64,000 nt of DNA from Flavobacteriaceae bacterium (lineage in GTDB: Bacteria > Bacteroidota > Bacteroidia > UKL13-3): positions 19,166-83,165 of the forward strand of contig SHWZ01000004.1 of NCBI GenBank assembly GCA_009693575.1. The letters run 5' to 3'. A model generated the notes under the pieces. The model ran no database searches and had not been told where the DNA came from. It saw only the letters and a list, made by a program, of their open reading frames with translations. The stretch's first letter is position 1; the number at the start of each line of letters is the position of its first letter. Of the stretch, positions 10,067 to 20,609 are shown in pieces. A program made the position numbers and the translations under genes.

Positions 10067-10633
10067 ATGCCCCTTAAAAATCACTTCACCGAAGCCTTAA
10101 CCCAACTCAACCAATTTTTGGCAGATGAGAAAAACTTTGCCAAGCTGGAACTAGCAGGGCAATTGATGGCTGATTCCATAAAAGCTGGAGGCAAAATTAT
10201 CAGTTGTGGAAACGGGGGAAGCATGTGCGATGCCATGCACTTTGCCGAAGAACTCAGTGGTCGTTACCGCGATGACCGCCAAGCCTTTGCAGCCGTCAGC
10301 ATCTCCGATCCATCTCACATCAGTTGTGTGGCCAATGATTATGGTTACGAATATATTTTTAGTCGCTACGTTGAGGCATTAGGAAAACCTGGAGATGTGC
10401 TTCTGGCAATCTCTACTTCTGGCAATTCTAAAAACATATTAAAAGCAATTGAATCCGCTAAAGCCAAAGGTATAAAAGTAATAGGTCTTACTGGAAAAGA
10501 TGGCGGGCAGATGGCCTCTCAATGCGACGTAGAAATTCGTGCCCCGCACAGCGAGTATGCAGATCGTGCTCAGGAAATACATATCAAATGTATTCATGCT
10601 TTGATAGATTTTATTGAGACCAAACTATGCTGA
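10067..10633 (+). CDS. gmhA: D-sedoheptulose 7-phosphate isomerase (SIS domain)
   Basis: [21 protein letters not shown]...[33 protein letters not shown] is a phosphoheptose isomerase signature. The start is 2 nt after the tyrS stop. Confidence 0.75.
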   Translation: MPLKNHFTEALTQLNQFLADEKNFAKLELAGQLMADSIKAGGKIISCGNGGSMCDAMHFAEELSGRYRDDRQAFAAVSISDPSHISCVANDYGYEYIFSRYVEALGKPGDVLLAISTSGNSKNILKAIESAKAKGIKVIGLTGKDGGQMASQCDVEIRAPHSEYADRAQEIHIKCIHALIDFIETKLC

Positions 10634-12171
10634 TAAAAACATACGGCAGTGCAGTGTATGGTGTGAATGCCATCACGATAACGGTGGAGGTGAGCGTGGC
10701 AAGCGGCGAAAAATACTACATGGTGGGTCTGCCTGATAATGCAGTAAAGGAAAGTCAGCAGCGTGTTGATACAGCTCTTAAGGAATCTGGATATAGGATG
10801 CCTCGCATGAGGGTTGTAATAAATCTTGCACCTGCCGATATTCGAAAAGAGGGCTCTTCGTATGATTTGCCCATAGCTATTGGCATTCTGGCATCGAGCA
10901 ACCAAATAGAACCAAAGCTTGACCTTAGCAAATATTTGATCATGGGCGAGTTGAGTCTAGATGGGGAGATCCGCCCAATAAAAGGTGGACTGCCAATAGC
11001 CATACAAGCCAAGAAGGAGCAGTTTGAAGGCTTCATTTTGCCGAAAGAAAATGCCAACGAAGCGGCTATAGTGACTGGCCTCAAGGTATATGGCGTGACG
11101 CACCTGAACGAGGTGATAGACTTGGTGATAGGAATGAGCGATATGCTACCTGTGGAGGTGGATACTCGTGCCGAATTTGCCAACCACGAAAATGTATATG
11201 GTGTCGATTTTAGTGATGTGAAGGGTCAGGAAAATATAAAGCGGGCATTGGAGATAGCCGCAGCAGGTGGCCACAATGCTATCTTAATTGGCCCTCCTGG
11301 GGCTGGCAAAACCATGTTGGCCAAGCGATTTCCTACTATACTTCCCCCACTAACGTTACCCGAAGCATTAGAAACAACTAAAATACATTCAGTGGCAGGC
11401 AAGATGGGCAGCAATCGTGGGCTCATTCCTACACGCCCATTCCGCAGTCCGCACCACACTATTAGCAATGTAGCATTGGTGGGAGGAGGAGGAAACCCAC
11501 AGCCTGGAGAGATCTCGCTAGCACATAATGGGGTATTATTTTTGGATGAGCTACCAGAGTTCGATAAAAAGGTACTGGAAGTAATGCGACAACCATTGGA
11601 AGACCGATCAGTAGTGATTTCAAGGGCAAAGTATAGTATTGAATATCCAGCCAGCTTTATGTTGCTAGCTAGCATGAACCCCTGCCCCTGCGGGTTTTAC
11701 AATCACCCCGAAAAAGAATGCGTGTGCCCACCGGGAGCAGTTCAAAAATACCTGAACCGTGTATCAGGCCCATTAATGGACAGGATAGACCTGCATGTAG
11801 AGGTAACCCCAGTTAATTTCGACCAACTGAGCGACAGCCGCAAGAGCGAGCATAGTAAAGATGTAAGGATGCGTGTGGTGAAAGCTCGCGAACACCAGTC
11901 GGAACGATTTGCAGAAACACCTAATGTATATTGCAATGCACAAATGTCTTCGCAGCAAGTTCGAGATATTTGCCAGATCGGATTAGCGGGACAAGCTTTG
12001 CTTAAAACCTCGATGCAACGACTGAACCTAAGTGCTAGAGCTTACGACCGAATATTGAAAGTGTCACGCACCATAGCCGACCTCGACAGCAGCAACGATA
12101 TACAGATAGGCCACCTAGCCGAGGCCATACACTACCGAAGCCTCGACAGAGAAGACTGGGCTGGTAACTGA
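10627..12171 (+). CDS. comM: YifB/ComM family Mg-chelatase-like AAA+ ATPase
   Basis: N-terminal Lon-protease-like domain ([22 protein letters not shown]...). Walker A GPPGAGKT. Conserved C-terminal Mg-chelatase ChlI-like region. Overlaps the gmhA end by 7 nt. Confidence 0.8.
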   Translation: MLIKTYGSAVYGVNAITITVEVSVASGEKYYMVGLPDNAVKESQQRVDTALKESGYRMPRMRVVINLAPADIRKEGSSYDLPIAIGILASSNQIEPKLDLSKYLIMGELSLDGEIRPIKGGLPIAIQAKKEQFEGFILPKENANEAAIVTGLKVYGVTHLNEVIDLVIGMSDMLPVEVDTRAEFANHENVYGVDFSDVKGQENIKRALEIAAAGGHNAILIGPPGAGKTMLAKRFPTILPPLTLPEALETTKIHSVAGKMGSNRGLIPTRPFRSPHHTISNVALVGGGGNPQPGEISLAHNGVLFLDELPEFDKKVLEVMRQPLEDRSVVISRAKYSIEYPASFMLLASMNPCPCGFYNHPEKECVCPPGAVQKYLNRVSGPLMDRIDLHVEVTPVNFDQLSDSRKSEHSKDVRMRVVKAREHQSERFAETPNVYCNAQMSSQQVRDICQIGLAGQALLKTSMQRLNLSARAYDRILKVSRTIADLDSSNDIQIGHLAEAIHYRSLDREDWAGN

Positions 12172-12254
12172 TGTGCTAATTCGGTGATGTGCTAATGTGC
12201 TAATTATCGAACCTCCAAATCAGCCTATCTGCATATCAGCAAATCACCAAAAAA

Positions 12255-13424
12255 ATGAACACCCTCGGCACCCTTTTTCGCATCACCACCTTTGGCGAAA
12301 GCCACGGCTCGGCAATGGGTGTGGTGGTAGATGGCTGTCCGCCGCTGTTGGATATTCATACTGCCTTCATTCAAAAAGAACTTGACCGACGCAAACCTGG
12401 GCAAAGTGACATTACTACCGAACGGAAGGAGGATGATATCGTTGAAATATTGAGCGGTGTGTTCGAAGGCAAAAGCACGGGTACACCGATTGCTCTACTT
12501 ATCCGTAACAATGACCAGCACTCGGCTGACTACAACAAACTCAAAGACATATACCGCCCCTCGCATGCAGACTACACCTACCAACAGAAATACGGCATCC
12601 GCGACCACCGAGGCGGGGGAAGGGCGTCGGCCCGTGAGACCGTAAACTGGGTGGCGGCAGGAGCCATTGCCAAATTATTCCTACAAAAACACGGCATCAC
12701 CATTCGGGCTTTTACAAAACAGATAGGCCACATATCATTGACCCAAAACTATGATAGTCTCAACCTGGACATCACTGAAACCAACGAAGTACGCTGCCCT
12801 GATGATGCTAAGGCCATAGAAATGCGTGAGCTAGTTCTCAAACTGAAAACTGAAGGGGACTCGGTGGGTGGTATGGTGCAATGCGTAGTTTCAGGCGTTC
12901 CAGTAGGGCTGGGTGAGCCAATGTTTGGCAAGCTTAATGCGGCTTTGGCCCATGCCATGTTCAGTATCAATGCTGTGAAAGGCTTTGAACTTGGCAGTGG
13001 ATTTACCGCCGCCACCATGCAAGGAAGCCAGCACAATGACCCCTTTGAGTCGATAGTGGGCAGTAGACAAGAGCCCATAGGCAGTGAACTCTCCGCTTCC
13101 CGCTTTCCCCTCCCCTCTCTACTCACCACTACCAACCACAGTGGAGGCATACAAGGTGGTATCAGCAATGGAATGCCTATTTGGTTCAATGTTGCATTTA
13201 AGCCGCCGAGCAGCATAGCTAAGGAGCAGTCGGCTGTGCATAGTCGTGTGCCTGCAATTGCCCATGAAAAAGGCGAAACATCCTCACTCGTAACCCACAG
13301 CCCGCAACCTTTTTCTATCTCTGGCCGCCACGACCCTTGTGTAGTTCCCAGAGCTGTGGCTGTAGTTGAGGCTATGGCAGCCCTTGTGCTGGCCGATAGC
13401 CTGTTATTGGCTCAGGTAGTATAA
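12255..13424 (+). CDS. aroC: chorismate synthase
   Basis: FGESHGSAMGVVVDGCPP, RPSHADYTY, GGGRASARET and GRHDPCVVPRAVAVVEAMAALVLAD motifs. Two insertions of about 18-20 aa relative to E. coli AroC. Confidence 0.85.
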   Translation: MNTLGTLFRITTFGESHGSAMGVVVDGCPPLLDIHTAFIQKELDRRKPGQSDITTERKEDDIVEILSGVFEGKSTGTPIALLIRNNDQHSADYNKLKDIYRPSHADYTYQQKYGIRDHRGGGRASARETVNWVAAGAIAKLFLQKHGITIRAFTKQIGHISLTQNYDSLNLDITETNEVRCPDDAKAIEMRELVLKLKTEGDSVGGMVQCVVSGVPVGLGEPMFGKLNAALAHAMFSINAVKGFELGSGFTAATMQGSQHNDPFESIVGSRQEPIGSELSASRFPLPSLLTTTNHSGGIQGGISNGMPIWFNVAFKPPSSIAKEQSAVHSRVPAIAHEKGETSSLVTHSPQPFSISGRHDPCVVPRAVAVVEAMAALVLADSLLLAQVV

Positions 13425-13503
13425 TATGTTTCTTTGAAGTAGTTAAGGGTTTGGAGTAAACCAAGCAGACTACTACCCCTTTTAGGGTTGTTGCTACTTC
13501 ACT

Positions 13504-15306
13504 CTACGAGTTCATAGTCATCAGGAACTCCTCGTTACTGGCTGTGCCAAGCATGTGTTTTTTGAGGGTTTCCATAGCTTCTTCTGGATTCATGTCTGCC
13601 AGATATTTGCGAAGCACCCACACCCGTTGCAAGATGGTTTTGTCCATCAACAGGTCTTCGCGGCGAGTGCCACTGGCCAGCACGTCTATGGCGGGATATA
13701 TGCGTTTGTTGCTCAGTCGGCGATCCAGTTGCAATTCCATGTTGCCAGTGCCTTTGAATTCTTCAAATATCACTTCGTCCATTTTGCTTCCAGTTTCAAT
13801 GAGGGCAGTGGCAATGATGGTTAGCGATCCGCCATTTTCTATTTTGCGTGCAGCCCCAAAAAACCGCTTTGGCTTTTGCAGTGCATTGGCTTCTACACCA
13901 CCACTCAATATCTTTCCTGATGAAGGAGCTACAGTATTGTAGGCTCTTGCCAGACGGGTAATGGAGTCGAGGAGAATCACTACATCGTGTCCACATTCCA
14001 CCAATCGCTTGGCTTTTTCGTGTACCATATTGGCTAGTTTCACATGCTTTTCGGCAGGCTCGTCAAAGGTGCTTGCTACTACTTCTGCACGCACACTTCG
14101 GGCCATGTCGGTCACCTCCTCTGGGCGTTCGTCCACCAGCAGTATTATCAAATAACATTCTGGGTGGTTTTCGGCAATGGCATTGGCAATATCTTTCAGT
14201 AGCACGGTCTTTCCTGTTTTGGGCTGTGCCACTATCAGTCCACGTTGACCTTTGCCAATAGGCGAAACCAAGTCAATAATGCGGGTAGAGTATCCAACCG
14301 AACTAGTAGTAAGGTTAAGTTTTTCATCAGGAAAAAGTGGAGTGAGATGCTCAAAGGCAACACGGTCTCGCACATCGGCGGGGTTCTTCCCGTTGATGCT
14401 TTCCACTTTGGTCATCGTGAAATATTTCTCGCCTTCTTTGGGTGGCCTCACGGGGCCAAGCACAGTATCGCCCGTTTTCAGTCCAAACATTTTCACTTGA
14501 CCGTTGGGCACATAAATATCGTCGGGCGAGGGCATGTAGTTGTAGTCGGGCGACCGCAGGAAACCGTATCCTTCCTGCATCATTTCCAACACACCTTGCG
14601 AAGTTATCAGTCCCTCCAGTTCGTGTGGGTTGGGCTGGTTGCGTTGGTTATTTTGTGGTGAATTAAGTTCACGGGGAGGATTGCTGCCGTTGTTAGCATC
14701 GTCCCTTCGACCATCTTCAGGCCTCACACTTCCTTGGCCTCCTTCTTCTCTTCTTGCTCTATAGGCTTCTCTTCTTGCCTTCTCTTCATTCTTTCGCTTT
14801 TCTCTCCATTCGCGGCGTTCTTCTTCGCTAAATTGCCGGCGTCCATCGGAACGTACTTCCTGCTGAGGAATTTGTGGGATTGGCACCTCGGCTCCGCTCA
14901 GTGTAACAGGAGTATTTGTGTTTGGGGATTCAGTAGGGTGTGTTATCGTTTCTACTTTACTTGAAGGGGATGTTTCTTCTGAGTTAGAATTACTTCCTCC
15001 AGCTAGTTCAGGTTCATTGGTTTTGCGTTTGCGGGGCTTTCGGTCAGCAACATCGCTTCCTACAATCGTTCCATCGTCATTACGAGGTTTGGGTTTTGGG
15101 CCTCGTTTGGCCTTAGGTTTATCTTCGGTGATGCCTGCCGGAAGTTCTTTTATGTCGTTGCTGTCGGGCATTTGGCTTTGCCTTTCTATTATTTGGTAAA
15201 TGAGAGCCTGCTTGTTCAATGCAGGGCTAGGAGTAAGTCCCAACTTGCCTGCTATGTCTTGCAGTTCTTGAACTATTAGTTGATTGAGGTAGTTTATATC
15301 CAACAT
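13504..15306 (-). CDS. rho: transcription termination factor Rho with a long N-terminal insertion/disordered domain
   Basis: CSD-like RNA-binding domain ([14 protein letters not shown]). Walker A/P-loop (AQPKTGKT) and the Rho ATPase core. About 230 aa of low-complexity, Arg/Asn/Pro/Glu-rich N-terminal sequence. Confidence 0.9.
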   Translation of the reverse strand: MLDINYLNQLIVQELQDIAGKLGLTPSPALNKQALIYQIIERQSQMPDSNDIKELPAGITEDKPKAKRGPKPKPRNDDGTIVGSDVADRKPRKRKTNEPELAGGSNSNSEETSPSSKVETITHPTESPNTNTPVTLSGAEVPIPQIPQQEVRSDGRRQFSEEERREWREKRKNEEKARREAYRARREEGGQGSVRPEDGRRDDANNGSNPPRELNSPQNNQRNQPNPHELEGLITSQGVLEMMQEGYGFLRSPDYNYMPSPDDIYVPNGQVKMFGLKTGDTVLGPVRPPKEGEKYFTMTKVESINGKNPADVRDRVAFEHLTPLFPDEKLNLTTSSVGYSTRIIDLVSPIGKGQRGLIVAQPKTGKTVLLKDIANAIAENHPECYLIILLVDERPEEVTDMARSVRAEVVASTFDEPAEKHVKLANMVHEKAKRLVECGHDVVILLDSITRLARAYNTVAPSSGKILSGGVEANALQKPKRFFGAARKIENGGSLTIIATALIETGSKMDEVIFEEFKGTGNMELQLDRRLSNKRIYPAIDVLASGTRREDLLMDKTILQRVWVLRKYLADMNPEEAMETLKKHMLGTASNEEFLMTMNS

Positions 15307-15452
15307 GGAAATAGGTAAAATGAAATTTTGAAAAAAGAAAGATGGTAAGAGGTGGAAACCCGCATTTATGAAATTTCCTTAAGTGTCAGGAACAATAAAA
15401 GAGGGCTGAAATGTGCTGCAATATAGGTAGGAAAAGAAAATCACACTATGAA

Positions 15453-16733
15453 CTACCCGAACCACAAGAATTTTTCGCCGTTCACTATTCCAATGGCTTT
15501 TCCTGTCATTTGCCTCCCATACCAGTAGCTGTTAGTTGATTGTGAAGCATTGCTTTCCTCATTCAATTCCCAGGTAGCCTCTGAGTTAAAGATGGTTAAT
15601 TCTGCTTTTTGCCCGATGGTAATTTCGGGCATTGCCTTGCCAAATATTTTGCGGGGGCCACTGGTTACTGCTTCCACAAAACGCTCCAAAGGCAGTTGGC
15701 CTTGCAACTTCATGCAATACATACTGAACAACTGCTGCAATCCAGTAGCACCCATTGTGGCATATTCAAACTCTACGTCTTTGGTCTCAATGTTCTCAGG
15801 ACAATGGTCGCTCACTATGGCATCAATTGTGCCGTCGTTCACACCAGCTATCAGGGCGTTGATGTGGTCTTTACTCCGCAATGGTGGAAAGAATTTGAAA
15901 TTCGAGTCGAAGGTTATCAGTTCATCATCGCTATGACAAAGATGATGAATGGTCACATCAGCCGTTAAATTTAACCCCTCAGCCTTGGCTTGTCTTAGCA
16001 GTTCCACAGATTCTGCGGTTGATACCTTGCTGATATGCAGCCGTCCGCCTGTGTATCGCAACAAATCTAAATCCCGTTTCAGTGCAATCGTTTCTGCAAT
16101 CGTTGGAATACCTTTCATGCCCAAACCAACATTCACATGGCCTTCGTGCATCCGTCCGCTGGCTGACAGATTCTTATCGTCAGGGGTAGAAATAATTACG
16201 GAGCCAAATGTTTTGCTATATTGCAACGCCCGCAGCATCAATCCTGATTTGGTTCCAGCATCTGCAAAGCCAATAGCCCCACTCACGTGCATGTCATACA
16301 GTTCGGCCAATTCTTCGCCAGCCATCCCTTTGCTTATACTACCCATAGGAAACACTGACACAATTTGATTTGCAGCCTGATTTCGTATGTATTCCACAAT
16401 GCTTTTGCTATCAACCACAGGGTTGGTATTGGGTAGGCATGCCACCGCAGTAAAGCCACCTTTGGCAGCCGCCATACACCCAGTTAGCAGGTTTTCTTTT
16501 TCCTCGTGTCCGGGGTCGCAGAGGCTTGTGCGTGCGTCCACCCAACCAATACTCACCATTATGCCGTTAGCCTCCAACACACGGGCATCGGCCACAGTGT
16601 CCACCGCCCCTATTTGGGCAATAATACCGTCTTCAATTAGAATATCAGTTGTTTTTTGGTGAAATGCAGAGCCGGGTTGAAACACTGAGGCCGAGCGTAT
16701 AAGGATTTTCACTTGATGGTAAATTCGATGCAA
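15453..16733 (-). CDS. dihydroorotase-like amidohydrolase (PyrC-like; metal-binding HxH motif degenerate)
   Basis: Aligns with class I DHOase (LCDPGHEEKENLLTGCMAAAKGGFTAVACLPNTNPVVDS). The canonical IDVHVHLREPG reads VDARTSLCDPG here. The SDHCPE Asp motif is retained. Confidence 0.7.
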   Translation of the reverse strand: MHRIYHQVKILIRSASVFQPGSAFHQKTTDILIEDGIIAQIGAVDTVADARVLEANGIMVSIGWVDARTSLCDPGHEEKENLLTGCMAAAKGGFTAVACLPNTNPVVDSKSIVEYIRNQAANQIVSVFPMGSISKGMAGEELAELYDMHVSGAIGFADAGTKSGLMLRALQYSKTFGSVIISTPDDKNLSASGRMHEGHVNVGLGMKGIPTIAETIALKRDLDLLRYTGGRLHISKVSTAESVELLRQAKAEGLNLTADVTIHHLCHSDDELITFDSNFKFFPPLRSKDHINALIAGVNDGTIDAIVSDHCPENIETKDVEFEYATMGATGLQQLFSMYCMKLQGQLPLERFVEAVTSGPRKIFGKAMPEITIGQKAELTIFNSEATWELNEESNASQSTNSYWYGRQMTGKAIGIVNGEKFLWFG

Positions 16734-16813
16734 AATTAAGGGGGGATGCGTTTGATTGAATTATTTATCCTTTAGATTTTACTTGATATCCACACCGACC
16801 TTTGCCACCCAAA

Positions 16814-17752
16814 ATGCGGATTGTTTTTTATGGAACACCCGAATTTGCTGTTCCTTCGTTGAAAGGAATAGTAGAGTCAGGGTATGAGGTCGCTGCTGTA
16901 GTCACCGCCCCTGACAAACCCGCTGGCAGGGGTTTGCTTATGCAGCATTCGGCGGTGAAGGAATACGCAATGCAAGTCGGACTGCCTGTTTTGCAGCCTA
17001 CAAACATGAAAAGCCCTGTATTTATTACCCAACTTCAAGCCATCAAACCAGACTTACAAGTAGTGATAGCCTTTCGAATGATGCCTGAAGCAGTATGGGC
17101 TATGCCTAGGCTTGGCACTTTCAACTTACATGGTTCGTTTCTTCCGCAATATCGCGGAGCGGCTCCCATCAACCGAGCAATTATGAACGGTGAAACAGAA
17201 ACTGGGCTGACCACATTCTTCATAAATCACCAGATAGATACTGGCAATATTTTGCTGCAAGAAAAAATAGCAATAGCCCCCAACGAAACCGCTGGTCAAC
17301 TTCATGACCATATGATGCTGGCGGGAGCTGATTTGGTTGTAAAATCATTGGGCATGATAGCAAATGGCAAGTATCAACTCACGCAGCAAACCGAGGCTGA
17401 AGATTTACAACATGCACCAAAGGTTTTTAAGACTGATTGCGAAATTGATTGGAACAAAGACATCCAACATGTTTTCAACCAAATTCGTGGGCTAAGCCCA
17501 TACCCCGCTGCTTTCACGAGCATTGATGGACAACAGCTCAAAATTTTCGTTGCAGAAACAAAATCCTTCGAATCAAAAAAAAATTCACCAGGAGCAGTAG
17601 AAACTGATGGTAAAACCTACTTTAAAATTGCAGCCTCAGATGGACTTTTGGATTTAAAAGACGTGCAATTGGCTGGTAAAAAGCGGTTGTCAATTGTTGA
17701 CTTTTTAAGAGGGTTTCATCCCAAATCAGCCATTGCCGGGCATGGCAACTGA
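16814..17752 (+). CDS. fmt: methionyl-tRNA formyltransferase
   Basis: MRIVFYGTPEFAVPSL..., the HGSFLPQYRGAAPINRAIMNGE formyltransferase motif, and a C-terminal domain. The ORF track extends to a TTG at 16802; the ATG at 16814 is preferred. Confidence 0.85.
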   Translation: MRIVFYGTPEFAVPSLKGIVESGYEVAAVVTAPDKPAGRGLLMQHSAVKEYAMQVGLPVLQPTNMKSPVFITQLQAIKPDLQVVIAFRMMPEAVWAMPRLGTFNLHGSFLPQYRGAAPINRAIMNGETETGLTTFFINHQIDTGNILLQEKIAIAPNETAGQLHDHMMLAGADLVVKSLGMIANGKYQLTQQTEAEDLQHAPKVFKTDCEIDWNKDIQHVFNQIRGLSPYPAAFTSIDGQQLKIFVAETKSFESKKNSPGAVETDGKTYFKIAASDGLLDLKDVQLAGKKRLSIVDFLRGFHPKSAIAGHGN

Positions 17753-18427
17753 ATCTACCTGCCTCATTTTCCCATTTTCGCATAGGTAAATAGTGGCTTT
17801 GAATTGATTAAGCAGCCGATAGTCATGAGTTGCCATTAGGATGGTAGTTCCTTTTTCGGCAATACTGTGTAGCAACCCCATTATTTCGTCAGTCAAGTCA
17901 GGGTCAAGGTTTCCAGTAGGTTCATCGGCTAGCACTACTTCTGGGTGATTAAGCAAAGCTCTTGCTATCACTACTCTTTGCTGCTCACCACCGCTCAGTT
18001 CGTGAGGCCATTTATAGTCTTTTGTGGCCAAACCAACTAATTCAAGTACTTCTTTTATTCTTCCGCGAATCTGGTCATTGTCTTTCCAGCCTGTGGCTTT
18101 CAGCACAAATTGCAAGTTGTCGAACACATTCCTATCAGTTAGCAGTTGAAAATCTTGAAAAATAATGCCCAGTCTACGCCTTAGTCCTGGCACCTGATCC
18201 TTAGTAATGCCACGAATTGCCACATCAGCTACCTTCATTTCACCCTCACGAAGTGCGAGAGCGGCATACATTGTTTTCAGCAGGCTGCTTTTGCCACTAC
18301 CAGTTTTACCTATCAAATAAGCAAATTCACCATGCAAAATGGAAAATGAAACCTCGTCCATGATTAGGTTATTTCCCTGAAAGATGGATACGCCATTTGC
18401 AGCTACTACTGTTTTTTTTTCAGTCAT
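17726..18427 (-). CDS. ftsE: ABC transporter ATP-binding protein, FtsE-like
   Basis: Walker A GKTGSGKSSLLK, signature LSGGEQQRVVIARAL, Walker B LADEPTGNLDP. About 230 aa as for FtsE. No ftsX is adjacent. Confidence 0.55.
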   Translation of the reverse strand: MTEKKTVVAANGVSIFQGNNLIMDEVSFSILHGEFAYLIGKTGSGKSSLLKTMYAALALREGEMKVADVAIRGITKDQVPGLRRRLGIIFQDFQLLTDRNVFDNLQFVLKATGWKDNDQIRGRIKEVLELVGLATKDYKWPHELSGGEQQRVVIARALLNHPEVVLADEPTGNLDPDLTDEIMGLLHSIAEKGTTILMATHDYRLLNQFKATIYLCENGKMRQVDSVAMPGNG

Positions 18428-18632
18428 GTAATTTTATTTTTTCTATTTTTCCATACTCCAATTTCTCAGCTTTGGTTAAAATAATATTTTGAAATCGTTC
18501 TAAACCGCACTTAATCAGTGCTCTTTCGGGCCTATCCTGTCTAAAATATGCGACAAGTGTAAAATTGCTGTCTCTCAACTGGATATAATCTGGTATTTGT
18601 GACTTGCCTTTTATTTTAAGCAGATAGTACAT
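18420..18632 (-). CDS. small hypothetical protein (70 aa). Its stop overlaps the ftsE start codon (ATGACTGA).
   Basis: ORF only. 8-nt overlap with the downstream gene suggests translational coupling. No homology recognised. Confidence 0.25.
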   Translation of the reverse strand: MYYLLKIKGKSQIPDYIQLRDSNFTLVAYFRQDRPERALIKCGLERFQNIILTKAEKLEYGKIEKIKLHD

Positions 18633-18737
18633 TAAATTTATGTAAAAAAGTGCGGCAGTGTAAAAATCTGTCCGTACTTTTGCCGGGTCGAAATTACCTA
18701 CGCAACCTACAAACTGACAACAAAATAATTTCTAAAT

Positions 18738-20519
18738 ATGAAATTTACTTTAAACAGAAACATATTTGCAATTGTAGCCATAGCCACACTAGCTGCCTGC
18801 AATCCAATCACAAAAATGTCTAAAGCCTTAAAAAAGGCTACCTACAAAATGAGCCCTGAAGTATTAGAGGTTCGTGGCGATAGTGTAGACATCGGTTTCA
18901 AAATGACACTCCCAAAGGGAGCTATAACGCCTAAGGGTGTTATTAAACTTGAGCCAATACTTCGGTATGGTAAGGACAATGACCAAGAACTGGTATTGAG
19001 ACCTTATGTAATTAAAGGAACTAAGGCAGAAGACCCATCCGCTAACATAACCATGGGTGTAGAAGGTGGAATCATAACCTACTCTGATAGGATTGCCTAC
19101 AATCCACAGATGAAGCGTTGTACTCTTTACATTCAGCCAAACCTGAAAATTAAGAGCTACGATGAGTTACTGGATAAGTGCATTGAGATTGGCAAAGACT
19201 CATTGGGTCTTGGTACAATTACAACTTCCCTTACTTACGCCACAAACGAAGATGTGAGCATGCCCGACGCCAGTTGTACAGGTCCAATTTTGGAGCGTAA
19301 AGCTACTATTTACTACATTGTTGACACCTGGGATTTCAAACCAGGCTTAGTGCAAAAAGCTGCCAAAACCAGCAACCCTGACGAGTTGAAGTCTTTGGTT
19401 TCATACCTGAAAGACAAATCGGAATACACGCTTTCTTCATTGCGTATCCTATCATCAGCTTCGCCTGATGGTACCTACAAGCGTAATACATTGCTTGCAC
19501 GCAACCGTGATGTCACTGCTTACAATTTCCTGAAAGAGGAATTGAAACGTCTAGGGTTCATGGAAGTGAACGATAGTCTTATCGGTGCACGAACCCAAAT
19601 AACTGAAGAATTTGATGGTCTTCGCACCGCACTTGAGGCTTCAAACCTTAAAGACAAGCAAGCCATGGTGGATATTATCAATTCATCTGACGATCCTGAT
19701 ATGAAGGAATTCAAGCTTCGTAAAGATTACATGAAGTCTTACCGAAGCGTATTGAATTACATTATGCCACGTCTACGTCGTTCTGAGATAACAGTCGTAG
19801 GAGAAAAAGGCTGTAAGCCTTGGTTTGCACTTGCGGATGCTGCAACTACGAATTTTGAAGGTCTGACTGCAGACGAAATGCTAATGTACGGAGGTAAAAT
19901 CGAAGGCATTAGCGATAAAGAAAAATGTTTCCGTGTATTTGCTAGCAAATACCCGGATGACTGGAGAGGCTACAACAACTTGGGTGCAATCTTGATTACA
20001 CAAAATAAACATGCTGATGCAAAAGTAGCTTTGGAAAAAGCTCAAGTATTGAATAGCAGCAATGGTGAAGTTTACAATAATCTTGGCATTTGCTACCGTA
20101 ACCTAAAAATGTACGACAAAGCTGAAGAAAACTACAAAAAAGCAAAATCTTATGGTGTGAACGTAAACAACAATATGGGCATAATAAATATTGTACGTGG
20201 TCAATATTCAGATGCGATTAACAACTTCAAAGCTGCAGGAAGGGGTTGCCAATACAATATGGCACTTGCATATACAATGAACGGTGAGTATAGCCCAGCA
20301 CAGAAAGCTATTGATTGCATGGATGCTAAAGATAAAGATGCTCAAACATGGTATTTGAAAGCTGTAATAGCTGCCCGTGCTGGTAACTTAACCGAGGTTA
20401 CCACCAACCTTAAGAAAGCCATAGGCATGGATGGCAAGTTGAAAGCAATTGCTGTCGAAGACTTAGAATTCATCAAATTCTTCAAGACGAACGAATTTAA
20501 ATCAGTAGTTGGTGGTTGA
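18738..20519 (+). CDS. TPR-repeat lipoprotein (hypothetical)
   Basis: Lipoprotein signal MKFTLNRNIFAIVAIATLAAC. C-terminal TPR repeats (YNNLGAILITQNKHADA..., YNNLGICYRNLKMYDKAEENYKKA). Followed by a rho-independent terminator. Confidence 0.55.
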   Translation: MKFTLNRNIFAIVAIATLAACNPITKMSKALKKATYKMSPEVLEVRGDSVDIGFKMTLPKGAITPKGVIKLEPILRYGKDNDQELVLRPYVIKGTKAEDPSANITMGVEGGIITYSDRIAYNPQMKRCTLYIQPNLKIKSYDELLDKCIEIGKDSLGLGTITTSLTYATNEDVSMPDASCTGPILERKATIYYIVDTWDFKPGLVQKAAKTSNPDELKSLVSYLKDKSEYTLSSLRILSSASPDGTYKRNTLLARNRDVTAYNFLKEELKRLGFMEVNDSLIGARTQITEEFDGLRTALEASNLKDKQAMVDIINSSDDPDMKEFKLRKDYMKSYRSVLNYIMPRLRRSEITVVGEKGCKPWFALADAATTNFEGLTADEMLMYGGKIEGISDKEKCFRVFASKYPDDWRGYNNLGAILITQNKHADAKVALEKAQVLNSSNGEVYNNLGICYRNLKMYDKAEENYKKAKSYGVNVNNNMGIINIVRGQYSDAINNFKAAGRGCQYNMALAYTMNGEYSPAQKAIDCMDAKDKDAQTWYLKAVIAARAGNLTEVTTNLKKAIGMDGKLKAIAVEDLEFIKFFKTNEFKSVVGG

Positions 20520-20540
20520 TTAAATCATAACAAATAAAAG

Positions 20541-20572
20541 AAACCCCGTCACTTGTGGCGGGGTTTTTTGTT
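20541..20572 (+). terminator. rho-independent terminator after the TPR lipoprotein gene
   Basis: Hairpin aaccccgtcacttgtggcgggg followed by tttttt. Confidence 0.6.
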
Positions 20573-20609
20573 ATACCCATTTATAAATCTCCACAGACAT
20601 GAAAATGAT

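Noticed and set aside
12749-13216. 155-aa antisense ORF in aroC, plus many 60-150 aa ORFs inside rho, the T9SS gene, hppA and the TonB-dependent receptors
   Set aside because: Embedded, opposite to well-supported genes. High-GC mirror frames.
16802-16813. TTG-initiated N-terminal extension of fmt (MPPK...)
   Set aside because: The ATG 12 nt downstream gives the canonical Fmt N-terminus (MRIVFYGTPEFA).
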